Assembly: GCA_046597055.1 (NCBI GenBank)
Contig: JBKJLC010000293.1
Location: 1 to 64,000, forward strand
DNA length: 64,000 bases
Reading direction: 5' to 3'
Source of the DNA: Kofleriaceae bacterium
GTDB lineage: Bacteria; Myxococcota_A; Polyangia; Haliangiales; Haliangiaceae
Positions 44,306 to 57,632 of this stretch are shown here, one piece after another. Numbering within the stretch: the first letter of the stretch is position 1; every line of letters starts with the position of its first letter. The notes under the pieces are model-generated. The model searched no databases and was not told the DNA's origin. It worked only from the letters and a program-made list of their open reading frames with translations. The position numbers and the translations under genes were made by a program.

Positions 44306-44938
44306 TTACCGGGCGGGGGCCGCGACCGCGTCTGCCGCGGGCGCCGCCGGCCGGCTGGCCAGGGTGTCGGCGATCGCCGGCCCGGCCTGGGCAGCGATGC
44401 GTCCCATCGCCACGCTCAGCGCGCGGGCCAGGCCCTCGGGGGTCTGCACGGTGAGCGGCTCGACCTCCTCGTACTGCTCGGTCCACAGGTTGTCGCCGCT
44501 GATCACGTCGGTCAGGCGCAGCTCGACCACCACGCGACCGAGCCAGCGCCCCTTCGCCTCGTCGACCTCCTCGATCGCCGCGACCCGGCCGGTCAGCACC
44601 GCCGAGGCCTGCGGCGACGCCTCGCGCACGACCGAGCGGAAGCGGCCGCTGCGCTCGAGCGCGACCTCGAGGTAGTTCGAGATCATGACGCCGGGCGCCG
44701 CGCTCCACCGGTGATAGTCGTAATAGTCGAACCGGTACGGGTTGGTCCGATACACGATGCGCTCGTCGTCGTAGGCGGCATCGGTCGCCAGCGCCTCGAG
44801 CACCAGCACGGCCTCGCCGCCGGCGGTGCGCCCGGTGGGCGGCGACAGGTGGTAGTAGCGGGTGGTCGGCATCTTGCCGCCACAGGCCGACCCGGCGCAC
44901 GCGAGCGCCAGCGTCAACACGAGTCCGGTCGCTCTCAT
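44306..44938 (-). CDS. PqiC-like ABC auxiliary lipoprotein
   Basis: Lipobox; RYYHL, IVYR, HRWSAAP. Confidence 0.85.
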   Translation of the reverse strand: MRATGLVLTLALACAGSACGGKMPTTRYYHLSPPTGRTAGGEAVLVLEALATDAAYDDERIVYRTNPYRFDYYDYHRWSAAPGVMISNYLEVALERSGRFRSVVREASPQASAVLTGRVAAIEEVDEAKGRWLGRVVVELRLTDVISGDNLWTEQYEEVEPLTVQTPEGLARALSVAMGRIAAQAGPAIADTLASRPAAPAADAVAAPAR

Positions 44939-45843
44939 GGCAGCTTCCTCTCACCCGTCGGGGTCGACAGCAACAGCCGCGACGGGCGCTGGCGCAGGTC
45001 GCGCGCCAGGTCCTTGAAGCTGCGGCTGGCCTGGCGCAGGTCGAACAGCGCCGAGCCCAGGTGGGTCTGGTTGGTGCGGACCACGCCGCGCAGGTCGTCG
45101 ACGAACGCGTTGGCGTTGACGACCATCTTGGGCAGGTCGTTGGCGACCAGGCCGTTGGCGGTGACCAGCAGGGCGTTGGCGCTCTTGGTCGCCTGATCGA
45201 CCGACGCCAGCGAGGCCCGGATCATCGTCCGGTTCTCGGACACCATGCCCTGCAGCTCGGCGCTGGTCAGGGCCATGTTGGCCGACACCGCCTTGGCGTT
45301 GGCGAACAGCTCCTCGATGCTGGCGTACTGCGACGGCTTGGTGATCGCCTCGAGGTTGGCCATGACCTGGTTGGCCCGGCCCATGATCTCGGTCGACTGG
45401 TCGACGATGCCCTTGGCCTGCTGCTCGAGCTTGTCGAGCATGGTCTGGCCAGTCGGGATCACCGAGCCGGCCGCCAGCCGCGGCGACGCCGCCGAGCCGC
45501 CCCGCAGGTCGATCACCTTGAGCCCGGTGATGCCGGCCAGCGACAGGACCGCGGTGGTGTCACCGCGGATCGGCTGGCCTTCCTTGACCTCGATCGCGAC
45601 CCGCACCTTGGTGGCGTCGCCCGGCGCCAGCGTGATCGACTTGACCGAGCCGACCCGGATGCCGGCGAAGGTGACCTCGGCGCCGTCGACCAGCCCGAGC
45701 ACCGACTCGTCGAACACGATGTAGTAGCGGTCGCGGGTCTCCCACAGACGGAGGCCGCCGAACACCACCAGCACCAGCGCCAGCAGGCTGGCGGTGGCGA
45801 TCACGAACACCCCGAGCTTGATCTTCTGTGCTTTGGACGTCAT
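44935..45843 (-). CDS. MlaD/MCE-domain protein
   Basis: GL..GAEV.FAGIRVGSV, GITG...I.L, helical tail ending PSRLL. Confidence 0.9.
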   Translation of the reverse strand: MTSKAQKIKLGVFVIATASLLALVLVVFGGLRLWETRDRYYIVFDESVLGLVDGAEVTFAGIRVGSVKSITLAPGDATKVRVAIEVKEGQPIRGDTTAVLSLAGITGLKVIDLRGGSAASPRLAAGSVIPTGQTMLDKLEQQAKGIVDQSTEIMGRANQVMANLEAITKPSQYASIEELFANAKAVSANMALTSAELQGMVSENRTMIRASLASVDQATKSANALLVTANGLVANDLPKMVVNANAFVDDLRGVVRTNQTHLGSALFDLRQASRSFKDLARDLRQRPSRLLLSTPTGERKLP

Positions 45844-45850
45844 GGGAACC

Positions 45851-46651
45851 TCACGCGGGCACGACGGAGCGCGCCGGCCGCCGGCGCTTCTTGTCGCCGC
45901 GGTCCACGGCGATACGGTGGAAGAAGTTGTAGACGGTCTCGTCGGTCGACGCCGACAGCTCGGGGATGGTGCCGGTGGCGCAGATCACACCGTCGGCCAG
46001 CATCACCGCGCGGTCGGCGATGGTCCGGATGCTCTCGAGCTCGTGGGTCACCGCGACGATCGAGATGCCGAAGATCTTGCGGAACTGCAGGAGGGTCTCG
46101 TCGATGCCGGCCGCCACCACCGGGTCGAGCCCGGCCGAGGGCTCGTCGCAGAAGATGATCTCGGGGTCGAGGATCGACGCCCGCGCCAGCGCCGCGCGCT
46201 TGCGCTGGCCGCCCGACATCTGCGACGGGTAGCGCTGCTCGAGCCCGCCCAGCCCGACCACCGCCAGCTTCATCATCGCCATCTCCTTGATGATCGAGTC
46301 GGGTAACGAGGTGCACTCGCGCAGCGGCAGCGCCACGTTCTCGAGCACGGTGGTCGCACCGAACAGCGCGTCCTGCTGGAACAGCATGCCGGTGCGGCGC
46401 AGCAGCTGATCGCGCTGCTCGTCGGGGATGCCGTAGAGCGGCTGGCCGAGCAGGAACACCTCGCCCGACAGCGGCGGCAACAGGCCGGTGATCGTGCGCA
46501 GCAGGGTCGACTTGCCGCAGCCCGACGAGCCGAGCAGGGTGACGATCTCGCCCTGCTCGATCCGCAGGTCGACGCCCTCGAGCACCGGCGACCCCGGGTC
46601 GTAGCCGACCACGACGTCCTTGCAGTGGACCAGCGGGTAGTCGGTGGTCAC
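45851..46651 (-). CDS. MlaF-like ABC ATPase
   Basis: GSSGCGKST, MSGGQRKR, DEPSAGLDP, VTHE; GTG start overlaps the permease stop. Confidence 0.92.
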   Translation of the reverse strand: MTTDYPLVHCKDVVVGYDPGSPVLEGVDLRIEQGEIVTLLGSSGCGKSTLLRTITGLLPPLSGEVFLLGQPLYGIPDEQRDQLLRRTGMLFQQDALFGATTVLENVALPLRECTSLPDSIIKEMAMMKLAVVGLGGLEQRYPSQMSGGQRKRAALARASILDPEIIFCDEPSAGLDPVVAAGIDETLLQFRKIFGISIVAVTHELESIRTIADRAVMLADGVICATGTIPELSASTDETVYNFFHRIAVDRGDKKRRRPARSVVPA

Positions 46652-47802
46652 GCGCCCCCCGAGGCGGTCAGCGTGGTGATGGTGGCGAACGCGGCGTCGA
46701 CCACGATGACGAGGAAGATGCACACCACCACGGTCTTGGTGGTCGAGGTGCCGACGCTGCTGGCGTCGCCGCCGGCGCCCAGGCCCATGTAGCTGCCGGT
46801 GAAGCCGATGATCCAGGCGAACACCAGGCTCTTGCCGACGCCGTGGACGAAGTCGCCGAGCACGACCGCGTCGGTGGTGCGGCCCCAGAAGGTGAGGATC
46901 GACATGTCCATCGACATCGCGGTGACCAGCATGCCGCCGCCGATGCCGATGAACATCGCGATCAGCGCCAGCGCCGGCTGCATGATCGAGAGCGCCAGGA
47001 TCCGCGGCAGCACCAGGAACCGGACCGGGCTCACGCCCATCGCCCGCAGCGCGTCGACCTCGGCGCGCACCCGCATGGTGCCGAGCTCGGCCGCGATCGC
47101 GGCGCCGGTCCGGCCGGTCAGGATGATCGCGGTCATCATGGGGCCGAACTCGCGGACCATGGAGACGCTGACCAGGTCGGCCACGAACACGCCGGCGCCG
47201 AACTGGCGCAGCTGGACCGAGCCCTGGAACGCCATCGTCATGCCCAGCAGGAAGCTGAGCAGGCCGACGATGAAGATGCCGTCGACGCCGATCGTGACGG
47301 CCTGGTGGAACAGCGCGCCCTCGGGCAAGCGCTTGCGCCGGGTCAGCACCGCCCACGCCTCGCGGCCGGTGTCGGCGACCAGGCCCCAGAAGTCGCGGGC
47401 CTTGCCGGCGGCCATGACCATGCGGTCACCGGCGCGCTCGAAGATGCCGACGTGCTCGGGCGCCGGGGCCCGCTCGTCGCGACCGCGGCGCAGCAGCTCG
47501 AGCGCCGCCTGGTGGCGGTCGCTGAGCGCGCGAGTGTCGAAGCGCTTGCCCCGCCGCGCCATCATGCGGGTAGCGAGCGACATGACCGCGACTCCCGAGG
47601 AGTCGAGCCGGCCGGTCTCGGAGAAGTCGACGATGACCGCCTTCACCTCGCGCCGCGCGGCCACCGCCTTGAGGCGCCGGTAGAAGGACCGGGCGGTCGG
47701 GATCGTGAGATCCCCCTTCACCCGCAGGACGACGGTCGTACCGATGCCCGGGGCGTGCGACGTCTCGCCGTCGTCGCGCGATTTTCTGAGCTGGGGCATC
47801 AC
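46648..47802 (-). CDS. MlaE-like permease with N-terminal STAS domain
   Basis: LDSSG STAS motif; REFGP, GAAIAAELGTM...EVDAL..MG. Confidence 0.92.
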   Translation of the reverse strand: MMPQLRKSRDDGETSHAPGIGTTVVLRVKGDLTIPTARSFYRRLKAVAARREVKAVIVDFSETGRLDSSGVAVMSLATRMMARRGKRFDTRALSDRHQAALELLRRGRDERAPAPEHVGIFERAGDRMVMAAGKARDFWGLVADTGREAWAVLTRRKRLPEGALFHQAVTIGVDGIFIVGLLSFLLGMTMAFQGSVQLRQFGAGVFVADLVSVSMVREFGPMMTAIILTGRTGAAIAAELGTMRVRAEVDALRAMGVSPVRFLVLPRILALSIMQPALALIAMFIGIGGGMLVTAMSMDMSILTFWGRTTDAVVLGDFVHGVGKSLVFAWIIGFTGSYMGLGAGGDASSVGTSTTKTVVVCIFLVIVVDAAFATITTLTASGGA

Positions 47803-47950
47803 CGTCCGCTTCGTTCTGCAAGAAGCGATGCAGTAGGTTTTCCGTCGTAATCTCGAGGTGCTACGTGCGCGGTACGAGCGCCCATGTCACACCGGGCGGT
47901 TGAGACACAGCGCACCTGGACCTGAGACGTCGCCGCTCGGTCGTCCCGGA

Positions 47951-51118
<3,168 letters not shown>

Positions 51119-51144
51119 GGAGATCTCCTGCCAACCAGCCGCGG

Positions 51145-52242
51145 TTACTGGACCTTGACGCCGTCGACGACCAGCTCGTCGACGGTGGCCGCGACCCGGT
51201 CACCGACCGCCACGCCGCGCACGATCGAGAGCTTGTCGCCGGGCAGCTCGGGGCCGATCTGGACCACGCGCTCCTCGAGCCGATCCTTCACCACCACGAA
51301 CAGCCGCCAGGTCTTGCCGCGCCGGACCACCGCGGTCTTCGGCACCGCCGGCAGCGGCTTCTGGCCCAGCGTGAGGGTCGCCTCGGCGAACATGCCGGGC
51401 GTCAGCGGCGAGCCCGGGGCCAGCTGGGCCTCGGCGACCAGCGCGCGGGTGCGACCGATCTCGGTGCCGATCTTGGTGACCTTGCCAGGGTAGCTCTTGC
51501 CGGGATACGCGATCGCGGTGACCTCGACCGGCTGGCCCTGCTGGATCCGCGGCACCGACGCCTCGGGCACGCTCAGATCGACCCGCAGCGGGTCGTCGTC
51601 GACCAGCGTCACCAGCGGCACGCCGGGGCCGACCCACTCGCCGGGCGCGACGTAGCGCTCGCTGATCACGCCGGCGAACGGCGCCCGCACGATGCCGTCG
51701 TTGATCGACTTCGATGCCAGCTGGAGCTGGGCGCGGGTGGCGGCCACGGTCTGGGCCGCGGCGGTGCAGCTGGTGGTGTCGCGATCGAACTGCGAGCGGG
51801 TGATCGCGCCCTTCTCGAACAGCTGCTGCGAGCGCTTGCACTCGCCGTCGGCCAGCCGCTCCTGGGCCTGGGCCGCCGCCAGCTGGGCGCGGATCGACTG
51901 CGCCGACAGCGCCGCGTTCGAGGCGTCGAGCCGGACCAGCGGATCGCCCAGCTTCACGCGATCGCCGCGGTTGACCAGCACGGTGAGGACCTTGCCGGGC
52001 ACCGACGACGTCACCTCCGACGACTCGTCGGGCTTGACCATGCCGGTCAGGGTGAGGCGGTCGGGCGCGGGCAGGCTCTCCACGGTGGCGAGCGCGATCT
52101 TGGCGGTCGCGGCGGCCGCATCGACCTTGCCCGACCGGGCCTCCGAGCGCGTACCGCACGCGGCGGCGGTGGTGGCGAGCGCGAGGGCGAGGGTGGTGCG
52201 CAGCAACATGAGACCTCGGGAAGGCAGGCGGGCGGGGATCAT
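51145..52242 (-). CDS. RND membrane-fusion protein
   Basis: Lipoyl halves GDRVKLGDPLVRLD and VRAPFAGV; LTPGMFA; start could be 52209. Confidence 0.9.
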   Translation of the reverse strand: MIPARLPSRGLMLLRTTLALALATTAAACGTRSEARSGKVDAAAATAKIALATVESLPAPDRLTLTGMVKPDESSEVTSSVPGKVLTVLVNRGDRVKLGDPLVRLDASNAALSAQSIRAQLAAAQAQERLADGECKRSQQLFEKGAITRSQFDRDTTSCTAAAQTVAATRAQLQLASKSINDGIVRAPFAGVISERYVAPGEWVGPGVPLVTLVDDDPLRVDLSVPEASVPRIQQGQPVEVTAIAYPGKSYPGKVTKIGTEIGRTRALVAEAQLAPGSPLTPGMFAEATLTLGQKPLPAVPKTAVVRRGKTWRLFVVVKDRLEERVVQIGPELPGDKLSIVRGVAVGDRVAATVDELVVDGVKVQ

Positions 52243-53657
52243 CGGACGTCGTTGCCGGTAACGTGGTGAAGGCGGGTCCGGGCGATCCGACGATCGATCA
52301 ACGCGTCGATCGATGCGATGCGGGCGCGGGTCAGCTCGGTTTCGGCGTCGACCAGCTCGAGCGCGGTGGCGCGCTCGGCCGCGAGCAGCTCCTGGCGAAC
52401 CCGGTAGCTCTCCTCGGCCGCGACCAGGCCCTGCTCGGTCGCGGCCAGCGCGGCGTCGGCGAGCAACACGGCCTGGCGGGCCGCGGTGATCTCGCCGCGG
52501 ATGCCGAGCTCGAGCCCGGCGCGATCGGCGGCCAGCGCGCGCTCCTGGGCGGCGAGCTTGGCGTCGTTCGGTCCGACGTGCAGGAAGTCGTTGAGCGACC
52601 ACGACAGCTTCGCGCCGGCCGCCCAGGTGAAGGTGAACTTGTCCTCGGCCGGGAACACCCGCTGGTTGGGGTTGTCGTAGACGCCCTGGGCGAACACGTC
52701 GAGCTGGGGGAGCCGATCGGCCCGCTCCGCCTTGCGCTGCTGGCCGAGGGCGGCCGCGGCCGCGTCGAGCGCACCCAGCTCGAGTCGCTGCTGGAGCGCG
52801 GTCCGCAGGAGCACGGCGTTCGCCGCCACCGCCTCGTCGGTCCCGGCCACGCGGACATCTTCGCCGATCACCAGCGGCTCGTCGGGGCCGGCGCCGATCG
52901 CGATCCGCAGCTGCTCGCCGCGCAGCGCGACCAGCTGGCCGACCTGCGCCACCGCCAGCTCGGCCTGCGCGCGCAGGGCCTCGAGCCGGAGCACGTCCGC
53001 CTTCGACACCCGCTGCGCCTCGGCGAGCGCGCGCACCCGATCGAGGTTGCCGGTCACCTGCACCAGCAGCCGGCCGGCGACGATCACCTGCAGCTCGGCG
53101 CGGACCCACTCGTAGTAGGCGACCCGGGCCCCGGCCGCCGCGGACAGCTCGCTGGCGTGGCGGGAGATGGTGGCGGCGGTGACCCCAAGCTCGGTCGCAC
53201 GCTTGAGCGTCGGCAAGTAGATGAACAGCTTGGTCAGCGGCATCGCGACCTGGGCGCCCAGGTGATACGAATTCTGGAAGATCGGAAACGGGATGCCCCC
53301 GCCCAGGGTGGGTGGGTCGAGGTACGACAGTCGGGTGTAGCCCGCGCTGACGGTGGTGAGCGGCACCAGGGCCACCGTGATCGACGACAGCCCGGTGCGG
53401 AGCTCCTCGACCTCGGCGGTCTTGCGGCGAACGGTCGGGCTGGCCTTCTTCGCCCGCGCGGCGGCCTGGTCGGCGGTGAGCCCGCCCGCCTGGCCGAGCA
53501 GCTTGCCAACCTCGTCGTCGAAGGAGGCGGTCGTGGTCGGTGGCGTCGGTGCCGCCGGAGCCGTGGGTGCCTGCGGCCGCGGGGCCGGGGAGCGCTGAGC
53601 GGCCGCCGGACCGGCGAACGCGGCGAGCGCGAGCGCCGCGGGGAGGAGACGTCGCAT
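52239..53657 (-). CDS. TolC-family outer-membrane efflux protein
   Basis: Signal peptide, LP.L motif, ATALELVDAE repeat; operon context. Confidence 0.88.
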   Translation of the reverse strand: MRRLLPAALALAAFAGPAAAQRSPAPRPQAPTAPAAPTPPTTTASFDDEVGKLLGQAGGLTADQAAARAKKASPTVRRKTAEVEELRTGLSSITVALVPLTTVSAGYTRLSYLDPPTLGGGIPFPIFQNSYHLGAQVAMPLTKLFIYLPTLKRATELGVTAATISRHASELSAAAGARVAYYEWVRAELQVIVAGRLLVQVTGNLDRVRALAEAQRVSKADVLRLEALRAQAELAVAQVGQLVALRGEQLRIAIGAGPDEPLVIGEDVRVAGTDEAVAANAVLLRTALQQRLELGALDAAAAALGQQRKAERADRLPQLDVFAQGVYDNPNQRVFPAEDKFTFTWAAGAKLSWSLNDFLHVGPNDAKLAAQERALAADRAGLELGIRGEITAARQAVLLADAALAATEQGLVAAEESYRVRQELLAAERATALELVDAETELTRARIASIDALIDRRIARTRLHHVTGNDVR

Positions 53658-53670
53658 GTCATGTCGGGCA

Positions 53671-53687
53671 AAGCACCGCTCGTGCCA
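53671..53687 (-). promoter_or_regulatory. sigma54 -24/-12 promoter of the efflux operon
   Basis: Minus strand TGGCACGAGCGGTGCTT (GG-N10-GC, perfect TGGCACG). Confidence 0.75.
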
Positions 53688-53830
53688 TCGCGCACCCTGG
53701 AGGTTGCGAGCGGTTATGTGCGGGCGAGCCGGGGCTGTCGGGTTCCGCTGTCGGATCGCCTTACAGCGAGTGACGGTTCAGCGTACGCCGCGACCTCGGC
53801 TGGCGCCGCCAGCTCGGCTAGCATGCCGCC

Positions 53831-55225
53831 ATGTCGTCGCAGGCCGCGCTGTCGGACCCGTTCCCGCCGGTTGGCCCGCGGCTCGCAGGGACCGCGGCCG
53901 TGTGGCGAGGTACCCGCAACGATCTGCTCATCGCCACCGGTCACCGGAACATGCGCTTCACCGCCACGGTGGGGCTCATCTCGAACGGGCTCCTGGCCGG
54001 CATCTTCGTCCACGCCGGGTATCCCACCTGGCGCGTCATCGCGCAGCTCACGGTGTTCGCGCTCATGGTGTCGGCGCAGTTCTTCACCGTGAGGCGGGTC
54101 CGCCGCACCGCGACCTGCATCGATCAGGCGGTGGTCGGCCTCCACAGCATGGCGCAGGTCTACCTGGTCGGCGTGGTCGCGCTCACCGGCGGTCTGCACA
54201 GCCCGCTGATCGCGTCGATCGGCTCCGCGACTGCGTTGCCCATCATCTTCTTCGGCGCGCAGGCGGTGTCGCGGCGGCTGACGGCGTCGCTGGTGGTCCT
54301 GTTCGTCGCGATGGCGATGCTGCCAGGCGCCTGGTTGGGCCCAGCCCTGCCACCCGATCACTACATCGCGGCCGCGATCATCTCGTTCGTGTGGACGGTC
54401 CTGATCGTCACCACCTTCGTGACGCGCATCCACCACGCGACCGTGGCGGCGTCGTGCACGGTCGACCGGCTCAGCGAGGAGCAGGTCGCGGCCAGCGCCG
54501 AGCAGCTGCTGCGCCTGCAGTCGGTGGGCTCGAAGGTCGCCCACGAGCTCAAGAACCCGCTAGCGTCGATCAAGGGGCTGGTCCAGCTGGTCGCGCGCTC
54601 GACCGAATCGGCCAAGAACCAGGAGCGGCTCGAGGTGGTGCGCAGCGAGATCGTTCGCATGGAGACGATCCTCGCCGAGTATCTGTCGTTCTCGCGTCCG
54701 CTCGACGAGCTGCGACCGCAGCCGGTCGACGTCGCCGCGCTGGTCGCCGACGTGATCACGGTGATCGCGGGCCGCGCCGAGCAGGCAACCATCGCCGTCG
54801 CGGTCGACACCCGGCCGGCAAAGATCGCGGCCGATCCGCGCCGGCTCAAGGAGGCGCTGCTCAACCTGCTGGCCAACGCGATCGAGGCGACCCCGGCCGG
54901 CGGCCGCATCGCGGTGATCGCCCGACCCGCCGACGGCGCCGACGGCGGCGCGATGATCGAGGTCCGCGACACCGGCCGCGGCATCAAGCCCGACGACCTC
55001 GCGCGGCTCGGCACCTCGTTCTTCACCACCCGCGACGGCGGCACCGGGCTCGGCGTGGTGCTGGCCCACAACGTCGTCGCCCAGCACGGCGGCACCATGC
55101 ACTACGCGAGCGCGCCCGGCCGCGGCACCAGCGTGACCATCCGGCTGCCCCCGGCGCCGACCCCGGCGGCCCAGGGCCTGGCGCTGACGACCTCGCCGGC
55201 CCGGTCGCTCGAGCCGGCCGCCTGA
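53831..55225 (+). CDS. Membrane sensor histidine kinase
   Basis: About 5-6 TM; AHELKNPL, NLLANA, DTGRGI, FFTTR, GTGLG. Confidence 0.95.
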   Translation: MSSQAALSDPFPPVGPRLAGTAAVWRGTRNDLLIATGHRNMRFTATVGLISNGLLAGIFVHAGYPTWRVIAQLTVFALMVSAQFFTVRRVRRTATCIDQAVVGLHSMAQVYLVGVVALTGGLHSPLIASIGSATALPIIFFGAQAVSRRLTASLVVLFVAMAMLPGAWLGPALPPDHYIAAAIISFVWTVLIVTTFVTRIHHATVAASCTVDRLSEEQVAASAEQLLRLQSVGSKVAHELKNPLASIKGLVQLVARSTESAKNQERLEVVRSEIVRMETILAEYLSFSRPLDELRPQPVDVAALVADVITVIAGRAEQATIAVAVDTRPAKIAADPRRLKEALLNLLANAIEATPAGGRIAVIARPADGADGGAMIEVRDTGRGIKPDDLARLGTSFFTTRDGGTGLGVVLAHNVVAQHGGTMHYASAPGRGTSVTIRLPPAPTPAAQGLALTTSPARSLEPAA

Positions 55226-55304
55226 GCGGAGCGGGCTCCGGCCAGCGACGACCGACGAAAGGGCGGGTGGAAGCCCATGCGTCCCCCCCGCGCGGCCGCG
55301 TACG

Positions 55305-56705
<1,401 letters not shown>

Positions 56706-56785
56706 CCGGCACCGCGCTGCGGTGCGCGCCGCCCCGCGCGTGAAGGACGCGTGAAGCCGGCTGGACCGCCCCTGCCGCCTGGCTG

Positions 56786-57604
56786 ATGATGGCCGCCGTG
56801 AAGCACCTCGCCGCGCTCATCGTCCTGGCCGGCCTCGTCACCGCGCCTTGCCCCGCCCGCGCCGACGACGAGGTGGCGCCGGTGGACCGCGGGCTCCACG
56901 GGCCGATCGTCCTGACCGGCGTGACCCTCTATATCCTCGGCGAGAGCGTGCTGAAGGGGCCGATCTCGCCCGACACCTGCCGCTGGTGTGGACCGGTCCT
57001 GTTCGATGGCGCCGTGCGCGACGCGCTGGTGTGGCCGCGCCGCGACATCGCGCACCAGCTCAGCAACGCCACCGGGTTCGTCGGCGCGCCGCTGGCCGCG
57101 TTCGGCGGGCTCGCCCTCGCCGCCCGTCTCGACGATCGCAGCGGCACGTTCGTCGACGACGCGCTGATCGTCGCCGAGTCCGCGGTGCTCTCCGGCACCG
57201 TCAACTACCTGATCAAGGCGGCGGTCGGCCGCGAGCGCCCGTTCGTGCACGCGCTCGCCGACGAAGACAAGCCGCTGACCCGACGCCCCCAGGACAACAA
57301 CCTGTCGTTCTACTCGGGCCACTCGGCGTACAGCATGAGCCTGGCCGTCTCGGCCGGCACGGTCGCGTCGATGCGCGGCTACCGGTGGGCGCCCGCGATC
57401 TGGGGCACCGGCGTCGGCCTGTCGCTCACGACCGGCTACCTGCGCATCGCCGCCGACAAGCACTGGACCACCGACGTCGTGGTCGGCTGGGTCGCCGGCG
57501 CCGCCATCGGCTACCTGGTCCCCCAGTTCCATCGCAAGTCCAGCCGCACCGGCGTGGTCCCCTCGGCCACCGGCCAGACCGTCGGCATGTCCTTCCGCTG
57601 GTAG
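56786..57604 (+). CDS. PAP2-family phosphatase
   Basis: K...GRERP, SFYSGH, RIAADKHWTTDV. Confidence 0.9.
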   Translation: MMAAVKHLAALIVLAGLVTAPCPARADDEVAPVDRGLHGPIVLTGVTLYILGESVLKGPISPDTCRWCGPVLFDGAVRDALVWPRRDIAHQLSNATGFVGAPLAAFGGLALAARLDDRSGTFVDDALIVAESAVLSGTVNYLIKAAVGRERPFVHALADEDKPLTRRPQDNNLSFYSGHSAYSMSLAVSAGTVASMRGYRWAPAIWGTGVGLSLTTGYLRIAADKHWTTDVVVGWVAGAAIGYLVPQFHRKSSRTGVVPSATGQTVGMSFRW

Positions 57605-57632
57605 CCCTTCGCCCCCGGACCCCGGCGCCGGG

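Noticed and set aside
47817..47833. sigma54-like site upstream of the mla-like operon
   Set aside because: TTGCA is present on the minus strand but the -24 GG is missing.
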